DNA from: Candidatus Woesearchaeota archaeon
GTDB taxonomy: Archaea; Nanobdellota; Nanobdellia; Woesearchaeales; SKIA01
Assembly: GCA_046704725.1 (NCBI GenBank)
Contig: JBJKRI010000006.1
Span: 96,001 to 160,000, forward strand
Length of the DNA stretch: 64,000 nt
Direction of reading: 5' to 3'
A program made the position numbers and the translations under genes. The notes beneath the pieces are model-generated. The model searched no databases. It had not been told where the DNA came from and saw only the letters and a program-made list of their open reading frames with translations. Shown piece by piece: positions 9,639 to 17,977 of the stretch. Every line of letters starts with the position of its first letter. The stretch's first letter is position 1.

Positions 9639-11747
9639 ATGACTAAAAAGTATCTACAACTGACTCCCCATAAGGGAGAATTCCCGAGACCCGTCCCCAG
9701 AAGCACACAGAAACACTATAGATTGGAAGCTGAGATTCGTACAATGCTAACACCTTTTGTTACGACTTCTGATCACAAAATTGCCGTCGGTCGGCGACGA
9801 TACTTTATGATTGAATTTGGAGACTACTACACTAGCAATGATGCACAGAAGGCTTTGAAATTCTTTAAAGCGCGTCAAGAGAGGGTGCTTAGTGACTTTT
9901 CAGTCATCGCTTCCGTAGATCAAGACGATGTTTTACGATGGACCGAAGGAACAATATTCAAATACGTCCGAGGAGTTGTGAAAGGCGTTTCTGAAGTTAC
10001 CGACAACTCTAAGATAGGAAAATCCCTCGTCGAACAACTTGAGTCAATACCAACTGGATCTGAACTAGAAGTGACAATACTATTGTATGAGGGAGGATCA
10101 ACCCTCATATCGGATATCATTTCTAGAATCAAGGAACTAGATTCGGCGTGTTCAGTCATTTCTACTTACGACGAAATACGTGCATTATCAGTGCGAACGA
10201 AAATACCTTGCATCACTACAATTTCAGAATGGGAAGATGTCCAAAAGGTATTCGGCACAGCTCTGACCCAAGACCGCCAATCAAATTTCGCGTTCTTTCC
10301 TGTCGAAGGAACGACCAAACTTAACACCACGTATCCTACAGCAACGGCAACAATCGTAGATACAGGCGTAAACTTCTCTGTACTCAATTTGCGTGGAAAA
10401 AGTTCAGATAAGGACGGCCACGGCACTGCTGTGGCTGCACTGGTCGCATTCGGAGATACGCTTCGATTAGAAGAAGCAGTGCAAACTGTGGAGGTACACG
10501 AAATTAACACGAAAATCGGAGAAAACAATGACATTGTTGGTGGAGTCCTTCAATCACTCAGAGAATCAAAAGACGGAAGTGTAATCTGCATGGCGCAAAA
10601 CGCTTGGGAAATGGACTTCGGTCTCCGGCGTTCGCTCAGTGAGCGTCTCGACAGAATAGTACAAAGTAAAAATGTGTTGTTTATCAACTCAGCAGGAAAT
10701 ATTGGAAACGACGATGTGCTTGACAATGCTTCAGACGAAAATGTACACGTGCGAAACTTTGACGTGTTCTTCCCGGCGGAGATGAGACAGTCCCTTGTCA
10801 TAGGCTGCGCAGAAGTTAGCGAAAAAACACCTGCTGCAGACACCAGATATGGGATTAACCCTGCGTTTGTTGAAAGGGCACGCGATGAGTTCCTATATCT
10901 CAAACCTGAGATATGCGTGACTGGAGCGTACGCAACAGCACGCGAACGAAGGCAAGCGGCGACTCCAGAACATATGTTAATAAGCATCAATCATGAGGGC
11001 AAGCGAGTGGGAGTGATAGGTTCAAGCTACGCTACAGCGATTATGACCAACATCGCCGCAAAACTTGTGAACAGAATAAAGAACAGATTCCGCAACTCTG
11101 AAACGTGGAAAGCTATACTTATCAATCGGTCGAAATTAGAATACTTCCCTTCACGCGGGAATGATCGCTGGCCACTATTTGTGACAAGGCCAACCGATAA
11201 CCCAGAACAAATATCAGACGGAATCTATCTTGGGTTCGAAGGAAAAATTAAGCCCTCTCAGCAGTTCATTCACAGAAATAAACACAACTACGTGATTGGG
11301 GAGGAAGTCAAATTCTACGTTCCCAAAGGCATCAAGAGCGTTCGAATCGTACTTTGTCATTCAAACGATTCCGCATGGCAGAGGATAGATGCTCCAGCAG
11401 TCGCGTTTGTCACAAAAATAACAACTGCGCGACATAATAAGAAGTCAAAATACAGCACATTTGCGAAGCCTACACATACCCATTATGGAGAGTACCAAGT
11501 AAGAGCAGAAGACGAAGAACAAGAATGGACCCTAACGCTCAAAGCTTGGAGTTACAGAGTTCCCGAAGATGAGAAGGAACAGGTGCAAGTAAGATACGGA
11601 ATCAGCATCAAATTGATTCCTCGACAGATAAGTGAGCTCGACAAACTCTATGATATCATAGAGTCAAAACTTGGCATCTCAAGCGATACGGAGAAAACCC
11701 CAGTAGAGCATTTGACAGAGGTGTCAGATACACCTACTCCTGCATAG
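9639..11747 (+). CDS. Cytoplasmic S8 (subtilase) serine peptidase, defence-associated type
   Basis: IVDTGV (Asp), DGHGTAVAAL (His), NSAGN (oxyanion Asn), GSSYATA (Ser); no signal peptide; C-terminal ...QVRYGISIKL as in IetS-like proteases. Confidence 0.85.
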   Translation: MTKKYLQLTPHKGEFPRPVPRSTQKHYRLEAEIRTMLTPFVTTSDHKIAVGRRRYFMIEFGDYYTSNDAQKALKFFKARQERVLSDFSVIASVDQDDVLRWTEGTIFKYVRGVVKGVSEVTDNSKIGKSLVEQLESIPTGSELEVTILLYEGGSTLISDIISRIKELDSACSVISTYDEIRALSVRTKIPCITTISEWEDVQKVFGTALTQDRQSNFAFFPVEGTTKLNTTYPTATATIVDTGVNFSVLNLRGKSSDKDGHGTAVAALVAFGDTLRLEEAVQTVEVHEINTKIGENNDIVGGVLQSLRESKDGSVICMAQNAWEMDFGLRRSLSERLDRIVQSKNVLFINSAGNIGNDDVLDNASDENVHVRNFDVFFPAEMRQSLVIGCAEVSEKTPAADTRYGINPAFVERARDEFLYLKPEICVTGAYATARERRQAATPEHMLISINHEGKRVGVIGSSYATAIMTNIAAKLVNRIKNRFRNSETWKAILINRSKLEYFPSRGNDRWPLFVTRPTDNPEQISDGIYLGFEGKIKPSQQFIHRNKHNYVIGEEVKFYVPKGIKSVRIVLCHSNDSAWQRIDAPAVAFVTKITTARHNKKSKYSTFAKPTHTHYGEYQVRAEDEEQEWTLTLKAWSYRVPEDEKEQVQVRYGISIKLIPRQISELDKLYDIIESKLGISSDTEKTPVEHLTEVSDTPTPA

Positions 11748-11750
11748 CGT

Positions 11751-12860
11751 TCACCGCTCCCCCACATACCCGCCTTCAACGCCGTTCTTCGACAGCACCA
11801 ATTGCCACAATCCAATCTTCCGCGCCCGGAACGCCCCGGCAGATGTAAGAAGATAGAACCGCCACATCCGGTAGAACCGTTCCGAGTACGCCTTTTTCAG
11901 TCCGTCCCAAGCAGCGACGAAGCTCTTCTCCCAAGCCAATAACGTCCGATCATAGTACTGCCCGAAGGAGTGCCAGTCCTCCAACACGAACTCCTTCTCG
12001 AAAGCGGCTATCTGCGTGGGCGACGGCAAGTGCCCGTTCGGGAAGATGTACTTGTCCGTCCAGGGATTCGTCGCCACCGACGACTTGTTCGCGCCGATCG
12101 TGTGCAACAAGAACAATCCGTCGTCGGAAAGGCACCGCGCAGCCGTCCTGAAGTACGCAGCGTAGTTCTTGCGGCCGACGTGCTCGAACATGCCGACAGA
12201 CACGATCCTATCGAAGGTCTCGTGCAGGTCCCGATAGTCCTGCACGCGTATCTTGACGGGCAAGCCAGCGACCATCCTCTTGGCGAGCTTGGCCTGCTCC
12301 TTGGAGATGGTCACGCCAACGACGGACACGCCATGTTCCGAAGCGAGATGCTTGGCAAGGCCTCCCCAGCCGCAGCCGATGTCGAGCACGCGCATGCCCT
12401 TCTCGAGCTTCAGTTTGCGCGCGATCAGGTCCATCTTCGCTTTCTGCGCGAGGTCGAGCGTGTCGACATCCTTCCAATAGCCGCACGAGTACTGCATGAA
12501 GGGGTCGAGCATGGCGGTGAACAGGTCGTTGCCGCGGTCGTAGTGCTCCTTCCCCACCTGCAACGAGCGGCGCTTGGTCTGCCGGTTGAACACGGCGGCC
12601 TTCACGTAGTGCCACGCCAGGGAGAACGTCACCGGCACTTTCCGCGTCAAATTCGCGCGCATCGCGCGAAAGGAGAGTTCATCCAGGGCGGAGCAATCCC
12701 ACCAGCCGTCCATGTAGGACTCGCCCAGCGCCAAGACCCCGCCAGAAAGCACCCTCTTGTAGAAGCGCTCATCGTGCACGACGAGATCCCACGGCCGCTT
12801 CCCATCCGTCCTGATATCTGCCAAGGACAGTATCCGCGAGACCTCTTGCTGGGCTGTCAC
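11751..12860 (-). CDS. cfa: Cyclopropane-fatty-acyl-phospholipid synthase
   Basis: LGESYMDGWWDC, EHYDRGNDLF, MQYSCGYW, VLDIGCGWGG, DRIVSVGMFEHVG, KYIFPNG, RMWRFYL; GTG start at 12860 chosen by length. Confidence 0.93.
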   Translation of the reverse strand: MTAQQEVSRILSLADIRTDGKRPWDLVVHDERFYKRVLSGGVLALGESYMDGWWDCSALDELSFRAMRANLTRKVPVTFSLAWHYVKAAVFNRQTKRRSLQVGKEHYDRGNDLFTAMLDPFMQYSCGYWKDVDTLDLAQKAKMDLIARKLKLEKGMRVLDIGCGWGGLAKHLASEHGVSVVGVTISKEQAKLAKRMVAGLPVKIRVQDYRDLHETFDRIVSVGMFEHVGRKNYAAYFRTAARCLSDDGLFLLHTIGANKSSVATNPWTDKYIFPNGHLPSPTQIAAFEKEFVLEDWHSFGQYYDRTLLAWEKSFVAAWDGLKKAYSERFYRMWRFYLLTSAGAFRARKIGLWQLVLSKNGVEGGYVGER

Positions 12861-12948
12861 AAGAGGACCCAAAGAGGCGAGCATAAATGTCTTTTCCTCT
12901 GTGCTTGACGTCCACAAGCGCGTTAAAGAAGGACCGCTTCGACCACGC

Positions 12949-13122
12949 ATGACCCGCCTGACTCCTGCAAAAAAGAAGGCCCTCGAAGGCCGCAAGCAGC
13001 AGGAGATCGAGCGGGCGGTCGAGGAGCTGCGCAAGCTCTACGGCAGCCAGCCGGGCACCAAGACGCTCACGAGGGAGGAGCGCAACGCCCTCGCCCTCAA
13101 GGAATACCCGCCGCCGGAGTAG
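12949..13122 (+). CDS. Orphan antitoxin-like small protein
   Basis: ERAVEELRKLYGSQPGTKTLTREERNALA aligns with the C-terminus of the RHH antitoxin at 13640-13888. Confidence 0.6.
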   Translation: MTRLTPAKKKALEGRKQQEIERAVEELRKLYGSQPGTKTLTREERNALALKEYPPPE

Positions 13123-13126
13123 TCAT

Positions 13127-13178
13127 TCCGGAAATCCTTCGGGAATCCCGGAAGAAGTCACAGGACAGCCACGGACGC
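13127..13178 (+). repeat. 52-bp intergenic hairpin repeat, copy 1
   Basis: TCCGGAAATCCTTCGGGAATCCCGGAAGAAGTCACAGGACAGCCACGGACGC. Confidence 0.9.
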
Positions 13179-13211
13179 CCCGCATAAGAGGAGCGGCGGC
13201 TTCGACAGAGT

Positions 13212-13604
13212 ATGGACCTGTATCTCGACACGAACATCATCATGGACTTCCTGCTGCAGCGCGATTCCGCCGCGTACCGCGTGTTGATGGAGGGGTTCGC
13301 CTGCAAGCATCGATTCATCATCTGCGATCTCGTTCTTGCCGAGCTCAAGTTCCAAGGGCTCGGAACGGAAGGCGAATCATTCATCACTCTCAGCGCGGCC
13401 ACGCGCAAGCTCCGCGTCGAAGCCATCACTATTGATGACCGCCAGCACGCGAAGCGATGGGTGCGCGAGGGCCTCACCCATCGCAACGATGCGTTGCACG
13501 CCGCGATCGCGAACAGGAAGTGCGAAGGACGGATACTCACGAAGAACATCAAGGACTTCCGCCGCGTCCCGCACAGCAAGCCGATACACCCTGATAACAT
13601 ATGA
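13212..13604 (+). CDS. vapC: PIN-domain toxin (VapC family)
   Basis: LYLDTNII, LAEL, DALHAAIA, ILTKNIKDF. Confidence 0.9.
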   Translation: MDLYLDTNIIMDFLLQRDSAAYRVLMEGFACKHRFIICDLVLAELKFQGLGTEGESFITLSAATRKLRVEAITIDDRQHAKRWVREGLTHRNDALHAAIANRKCEGRILTKNIKDFRRVPHSKPIHPDNI

Positions 13605-13639
13605 TAACATTTATAATGCGCAATCGCTTGCTCCAGCGC

Positions 13640-13888
13640 ATGGCAAGTCCGCTCGTCGGAATACGAATGCAGCCGGAGCTCCTCGATCGCGCCAGGAGGA
13701 TCAGCGAGGAAGAGGGCTTCCAGAGCCTGCAGGAATTCGTACGCGAATCCGTGCGGGCCCGCGTGGAAGCATTCGAACGACAGCAAGCCATCGAAGTCCT
13801 CAAGAAGCTCGCCGGCTCCGCAAAGCGATACACCCCCAGGACGAAAGAGGAACTCTCCCGCCTCGCCGGACGGCTCTACGGCATCTGA
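13640..13888 (+). CDS. Ribbon-helix-helix antitoxin (VapB/CopG-like), downstream of its toxin
   Basis: LVGIRMQPELL...EEGFQSLQEFVRESVR RHH pattern. Confidence 0.8.
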   Translation: MASPLVGIRMQPELLDRARRISEEEGFQSLQEFVRESVRARVEAFERQQAIEVLKKLAGSAKRYTPRTKEELSRLAGRLYGI

Positions 13889-13889
13889 A

Positions 13890-13941
13890 TCCGGAAATCT
13901 TCCGAAAGAACCGGAAGAAGTCACAGGACACCTATGCGCAC
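13890..13941 (+). repeat. 52-bp intergenic hairpin repeat, copy 2 (diverged)
   Basis: TCCGGAAATCTTCCGAAAGAACCGGAAGAAGTCACAGGACACCTATGCGCAC. Confidence 0.85.
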
Positions 13942-14013
13942 AAGGCATACCAACACCCGACCCGTATCCCTCGCATGGAAAAGGATATAAGTTCTATAAC
14001 ATTCATAGGTTCC

Positions 14014-14226
14014 ATGGCGACCACCATCTCCATCTCCGAGGAGCTCAAGGAGAAGATCAGGCTGCTCGGCAAGGGCGGCGAGACGTACGAGGAGATCATC
14101 AGGCGGATGTACGAGGTCACAAAACAGCACATCCTGCTGCACTACGTCTACGACCAGAGCGACTCGGTCAGCGTGAAAGAGGCGCTGGAGGACGCGGAGC
14201 GACGATGGCCAGAGTCATCATCGTAG
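14014..14226 (+). CDS. Antitoxin (archaeal RHH-like)
   Basis: MATTISISEELKEKIRLLGKGGETYEEIIRR; overlaps the downstream toxin; TATA-like GATATAAG upstream. Confidence 0.8.
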   Translation: MATTISISEELKEKIRLLGKGGETYEEIIRRMYEVTKQHILLHYVYDQSDSVSVKEALEDAERRWPESSS

Positions 14227-14543
14227 AGTCGCTGCGCAGGGAGATCCTCAAGGGTTTCGGGGCGGAGTCCAAAGCGATCTTCAGACGGATGCTGGAGTTC
14301 GGGGACCGCCCGACGGCCGGCAAGGCTCTCGCGAGCGTCGGCGGCATCCTCATCAAGGAGATCAAGCACAAGACGTTCCGTTTCTATTGCATCGGCGACG
14401 CGCACGTCTGGAAGTTCGCCACCACCGACGAGCTCGCCGCCCTGCTCATCAAGTTCGTCGCCATGTCCAAGAAGAAGGACCAGCAAGCGCAGATAGAGCG
14501 GATCAAGGACGTGCTGCGCTCGTTCGGCTTCGACGGCTTCTGA
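14205..14543 (+). CDS. RelE/ParE-superfamily toxin (divergent)
   Basis: PTAGKAL...IKEIKHKTFRFY...KKKDQQ pattern; coupled to the antitoxin. Confidence 0.65.
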   Translation: MARVIIVESLRREILKGFGAESKAIFRRMLEFGDRPTAGKALASVGGILIKEIKHKTFRFYCIGDAHVWKFATTDELAALLIKFVAMSKKKDQQAQIERIKDVLRSFGFDGF

Positions 14544-14544
14544 A

Positions 14545-14596
14545 TCCGGAAATCCTCTAGGAATCCCGGAAGAAGTCACAGGACACCCACGGACGC
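14545..14596 (+). repeat. 52-bp intergenic hairpin repeat, copy 3
   Basis: TCCGGAAATCCTCTAGGAATCCCGGAAGAAGTCACAGGACACCCACGGACGC; 48/52 identical to copy 1. Confidence 0.9.
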
Positions 14597-14643
14597 AAGG
14601 GATATGGGGAAAGGACACCTTCAAATAGCTGGAGGTACTCGCA

Positions 14644-14835
14644 ATGCTCGTGGACGAGAAGGAACTCGAAAGACGGTTCGCGGAGCTGGAGCGACGGCTG
14701 CGCCGCGTCGAGGAGGACCTGGATGATTCCACCCTCAGCGCTGCCGACGTGAAGGCGATCCGTGACGCCGAAGAGGACGAGAGGCATGGGCGACTCGTCG
14801 ATGCGAACGAGTTGGCACGCGAGTTGGGGTTGTGA
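14644..14835 (+). CDS. RelB-like antitoxin
   Basis: Acidic coiled coil ending AIRDAEEDERHGRLVDANELARELGL; GGAGG RBS; GTGA overlap with relE. Confidence 0.8.
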   Translation: MLVDEKELERRFAELERRLRRVEEDLDDSTLSAADVKAIRDAEEDERHGRLVDANELARELGL

Positions 14836-15086
14836 GGGACGTACTGCTCACCCGACAAGCGCACCAGTTCTTGGACAGTCTTCAACGCAAGGACGCTCGA
14901 CGCGTCCTGGAAAAGGTGCTATCGCTCGGGGAAGAGCCATACCCGAAAGGATGTAGGCAGCTCGAGGATAGCGACGCGATGCGGATACGTGTCGGGCCCT
15001 TCCGCGTTCTCTATCATGTGCGACAGAGGAGCGTGCGTGTGGACAGCATCGACAAGCGTAGCAGGGTCTACAAGAGGGGACGATGA
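14832..15086 (+). CDS. relE: RelE/StbE toxin
   Basis: PYPKGCRQL...RIRVGPFRVLY...IDKRSRVY. Confidence 0.9.
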   Translation: MRDVLLTRQAHQFLDSLQRKDARRVLEKVLSLGEEPYPKGCRQLEDSDAMRIRVGPFRVLYHVRQRSVRVDSIDKRSRVYKRGR

Positions 15087-15355
15087 CGGCCAAAAGAAAA
15101 GGCACGGGACCGCTCCCCGAACCCCGGCTCGCAATGACTGTCGAAAGCATCCTGCGGGCGGCACAGGACCCGCTATCGCTGGAAGACCTCTCCGGACGCG
15201 TGGCAGAGATTCCGCGAAAAGAGCTGGACGCGCTCTTGGGACGGCTGGAGGAGGACGGCAAGATCGCGCGGCTCGAGGAAGGCATCGTCTGGATCTTCGA
15301 GGATGATGCGAGCGACAAGCTCAAGCGCACACTGCGGGACTCGAGATCTGCATGA
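15083..15355 (+). CDS. Small winged-helix-like protein coupled to relE
   Basis: ATGA overlap; LSLEDL...LDALLGRLEEDGKI...IVWIF wHTH-like pattern. Confidence 0.65.
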   Translation: MTAKRKGTGPLPEPRLAMTVESILRAAQDPLSLEDLSGRVAEIPRKELDALLGRLEEDGKIARLEEGIVWIFEDDASDKLKRTLRDSRSA

Positions 15356-15425
15356 AGCGCATGCAGGTCCGCTGGGCAAAAGACGCGCACGCAGAACTCG
15401 CAACACCGCACACACCCCAGACCAA

Positions 15426-15806
15426 CTACTTCTCGTTGAGCCGGACGGCCGACAAGACAATCGCCTTGAGCGCTGATGCGTCGACGCGTCCCTCGGAGAA
15501 ATCGATGGCGCGCGCGCTCTTGCTGGAAAGACGCGCATTGAAGAGCCCCTTCGGGTCCTTGAGCGAAGCGCCCTTGGGGAAGGTCAGGCGCACCGCGCCC
15601 TTGAGCGTGTCCGCCACGCAGACGATGCCGTCGTGCGACCAGACGGGGACGCCCTGGGGCTTGGAGGGCATCTTCCACTTCACCTCCTCGACCAGGGAGG
15701 GGGACGCCCGCAGGACGATCGCGCGAAGCTCCGCGAGCTTTTTCCCGCGCCAGTCCTTCGTCTTCGCGATGATGGCGTCTATCTCCCGAGCGGCGCTTGT
15801 CGCCAT
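15426..15806 (-). CDS. DUF1801/YdhG-like protein
   Basis: DWRGKKLAELR...EEVKW...GVPVWSHDG...LTFPKGASLKDPKGLFN. Confidence 0.85.
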   Translation of the reverse strand: MATSAAREIDAIIAKTKDWRGKKLAELRAIVLRASPSLVEEVKWKMPSKPQGVPVWSHDGIVCVADTLKGAVRLTFPKGASLKDPKGLFNARLSSKSARAIDFSEGRVDASALKAIVLSAVRLNEK

Positions 15807-15891
15807 ACCCGCACAGGCCCGTGCAGCGATATAAATCGTTCGGACCCCGGTCCTCCAGAAATCTTTTATAGCGCCCGTCCGCCGCGACACC

Positions 15892-16518
15892 ATGGTGCGT
15901 TGGAGCCGTTGGGGGATAGGCATCGCCGCATTGCTCGTGCTCTCCGTGCTCGTCAACCTCTTCATGCTCACCATGATCCATCCCGCCAAGGCGGCTCCGG
16001 ACCTCATCGGAAAAGACGTGCCGACCCTCGGTAGCGCCACCGCACCGGTCACCATCACGGAGTTCGGCGACTACCTCTGCCCGCAGTGCAGGCAGTTCAG
16101 CACGTCAGTCTATCCGCAGCTCAAACAGTACATCGCGTCGGGCAATCTCCGCTTCAGATACATCGTCTCGCCGTTGACCAACGAGTATCCGCGCGCACTG
16201 CCGGCGGCGATGGCGGCGTACTGCGTGGGAAAGCAGCAAGGAAGCACGGGATACTTCCGGATGCACGACCTGCTCTACAACACGACGGACTTCTCCGACA
16301 AAGCCCTGCAAGCGGACGCAGAAAGCCTCGGCGTCAACAGCACGCAGTGGCAGGACTGCTACACGAACACGACAGCGCGCAACGCGTTATTGCAGAACGC
16401 CGACACGCTGGCAGCCACCCATAACGTGCGGCAGCTCCCGACGTTCTTCATCAACGGCCAACGCCTTGTCGGGCCGCAACCGCTCTCGGTGTTCGCCGCG
16501 GCGATAAACGCGAAATAA
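15892..16518 (+). CDS. DsbA-family thioredoxin-fold protein
   Basis: N-terminal TM; GSATAPVTITEFGDYLCPQC; cis-Pro loop LPTFFING. Confidence 0.9.
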   Translation: MVRWSRWGIGIAALLVLSVLVNLFMLTMIHPAKAAPDLIGKDVPTLGSATAPVTITEFGDYLCPQCRQFSTSVYPQLKQYIASGNLRFRYIVSPLTNEYPRALPAAMAAYCVGKQQGSTGYFRMHDLLYNTTDFSDKALQADAESLGVNSTQWQDCYTNTTARNALLQNADTLAATHNVRQLPTFFINGQRLVGPQPLSVFAAAINAK

Positions 16519-16564
16519 TAGAGAAAAAGCGCTGCGCTAGCGTCCCTTCAACACAGAGCGGATC

Positions 16565-16693
16565 TCAGCGAGACTTCTTCTTGCCCTTGGCCTGCTTCTT
16601 GTCGGCCTTCTTCGGCGCTTTCGCCGCGTCCTTGGCCGTCTTTTCCATGTCCTCGCTCGCCCAATCCTTGTCCCACGATTCGTCGTCCATCAT
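16565..16693 (-). CDS. Small protein with acidic N-half and Lys/Ala-rich tail
   Basis: MMDDESWDKDWASEDMEKTAKDAAKAPKKADKKQAKGKKKSR; TTAAA upstream on the minus strand. Confidence 0.4.
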   Translation of the reverse strand: MMDDESWDKDWASEDMEKTAKDAAKAPKKADKKQAKGKKKSR

Positions 16694-16768
16694 GCAAGGG
16701 CACATGCCGACCGAGGATTTAATCCTCGCTACACGAAACGGCAGCGGAAAAAGCCTTTTAAACAATCC

Positions 16769-17977
16769 GTGGCAGGGAACGGCATGATCCTGCGCCTGCG
16801 CCCGAGATTGACCACGAGCCTCGAGCTCGCGGTCACCGGCATGCTGTTGGGCATCGCGGTTAGCCTGAACAGCACGGTTTGGAGCGTGTACCTCAACACC
16901 ATCTTGCACGACGCCGCACTCACAGGAACCATCGCCGCCGCCACGACCGGATTGTACGTCGTCTTGCTCTTCGCGCTCACGCCCATCCTGCGACGCGCCT
17001 CCGAGCGGCTGCTCCTCACGCTCAGCGCGGCGGGCATCGCCGCCGGCTACCTGGGATACGCGCTCACGGATTCCCTCTGGCCATTCCTTGCCGCAGCCGC
17101 TGCGGTCGCGTTCTTCCAGGTGATGCGCGCGGAGAGCTACAGCGTGCTCGTGCGCGACAACGCCGACGGGGGGGACGTGCCCCAAGCGGAAGGCATGCGG
17201 TACGCCATCAACAACGCGGGCTGGCTGCTCGCGCCACTGCTCGGCGGTTTCGTCGCCGCGGCCCTCGGGCTGCGCATGGTGTTCCTGGTCGGCGCGATAT
17301 TCAGCATCATCGCCATGATGCAGTTCCGCATGGTCCCCACACAGAACGTGCCGCACGACGACAACGACCTCAGCTACCGACGACTCCTCAAGGACCTGCG
17401 CACGTTCGCCAAGGACCCCGCGCTGCGGCGCGCATACATCATGAACGGCGGCGTGTCGACGTGGTGGGGAGTGATCTACACGTACGGGCCGCTCTACATC
17501 CTCCACCAAGGGCTTCCAGTGTACTGGGTCGGCATCTTCCTCGCGGCGATCACCATCCCGCTCATCGTGCTCGAGTACACGGTCGGGCGGCTCACCAAGA
17601 GATACGGCTACCGCTTCTTCCTCGTGCTCGGGCACGCGTGGATCGCTGCGTGCGCGATCGCCGTCGCCATCCTCACACCGTACACCTGGGCGACGCTGAC
17701 GATTCTCGTCCTCGCGTCCGTGGGGGCGAGCATGCTCGAAGGGACCAGGGAATCCTATTTCTACGCGGTCGTGCCCCAAAAAGACGAGGAACGGCACCTC
17801 GGGACGTGGCTTTCCGGGCAGAGCCTGATGAGCACGCTCGGCAAGTTCGCGTTCGCCGGAGCGATCCTCATCGCGTCGTATGCGGGGGGCTTTCTCATCA
17901 CCGCAGCGCTCATGGTCGCGGCCGCGCTCGTCGCGTCGCGCATCACGGTTCAGATACCTGAAAGGAAACCGGCATGA
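16769..17977 (+). CDS. MFS transporter
   Basis: About 12 TM segments; APLLGGFV, VGRLTKRYGYR motif A-like; true start may be ATG at 16784. Confidence 0.85.
   Translation: MAGNGMILRLRPRLTTSLELAVTGMLLGIAVSLNSTVWSVYLNTILHDAALTGTIAAATTGLYVVLLFALTPILRRASERLLLTLSAAGIAAGYLGYALTDSLWPFLAAAAAVAFFQVMRAESYSVLVRDNADGGDVPQAEGMRYAINNAGWLLAPLLGGFVAAALGLRMVFLVGAIFSIIAMMQFRMVPTQNVPHDDNDLSYRRLLKDLRTFAKDPALRRAYIMNGGVSTWWGVIYTYGPLYILHQGLPVYWVGIFLAAITIPLIVLEYTVGRLTKRYGYRFFLVLGHAWIAACAIAVAILTPYTWATLTILVLASVGASMLEGTRESYFYAVVPQKDEERHLGTWLSGQSLMSTLGKFAFAGAILIASYAGGFLITAALMVAAALVASRITVQIPERKPA

Noticed and set aside
12861-13034. N-terminal extension of cfa given in the ORF track
   Set aside because: It overlaps the divergent small ORF and its promoter, and Cfa similarity starts near GTG 12860. 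Similar over-extensions were trimmed for HNH, msrA, hsp20 and others.
13127-14596. 52-bp repeats as a CRISPR array or canonical attC sites
   Set aside because: The spacing is 650-760 bp with whole genes in between, no cas genes are present, and there are no RYYYAAC/GTTRRRY ends or integron integrase.
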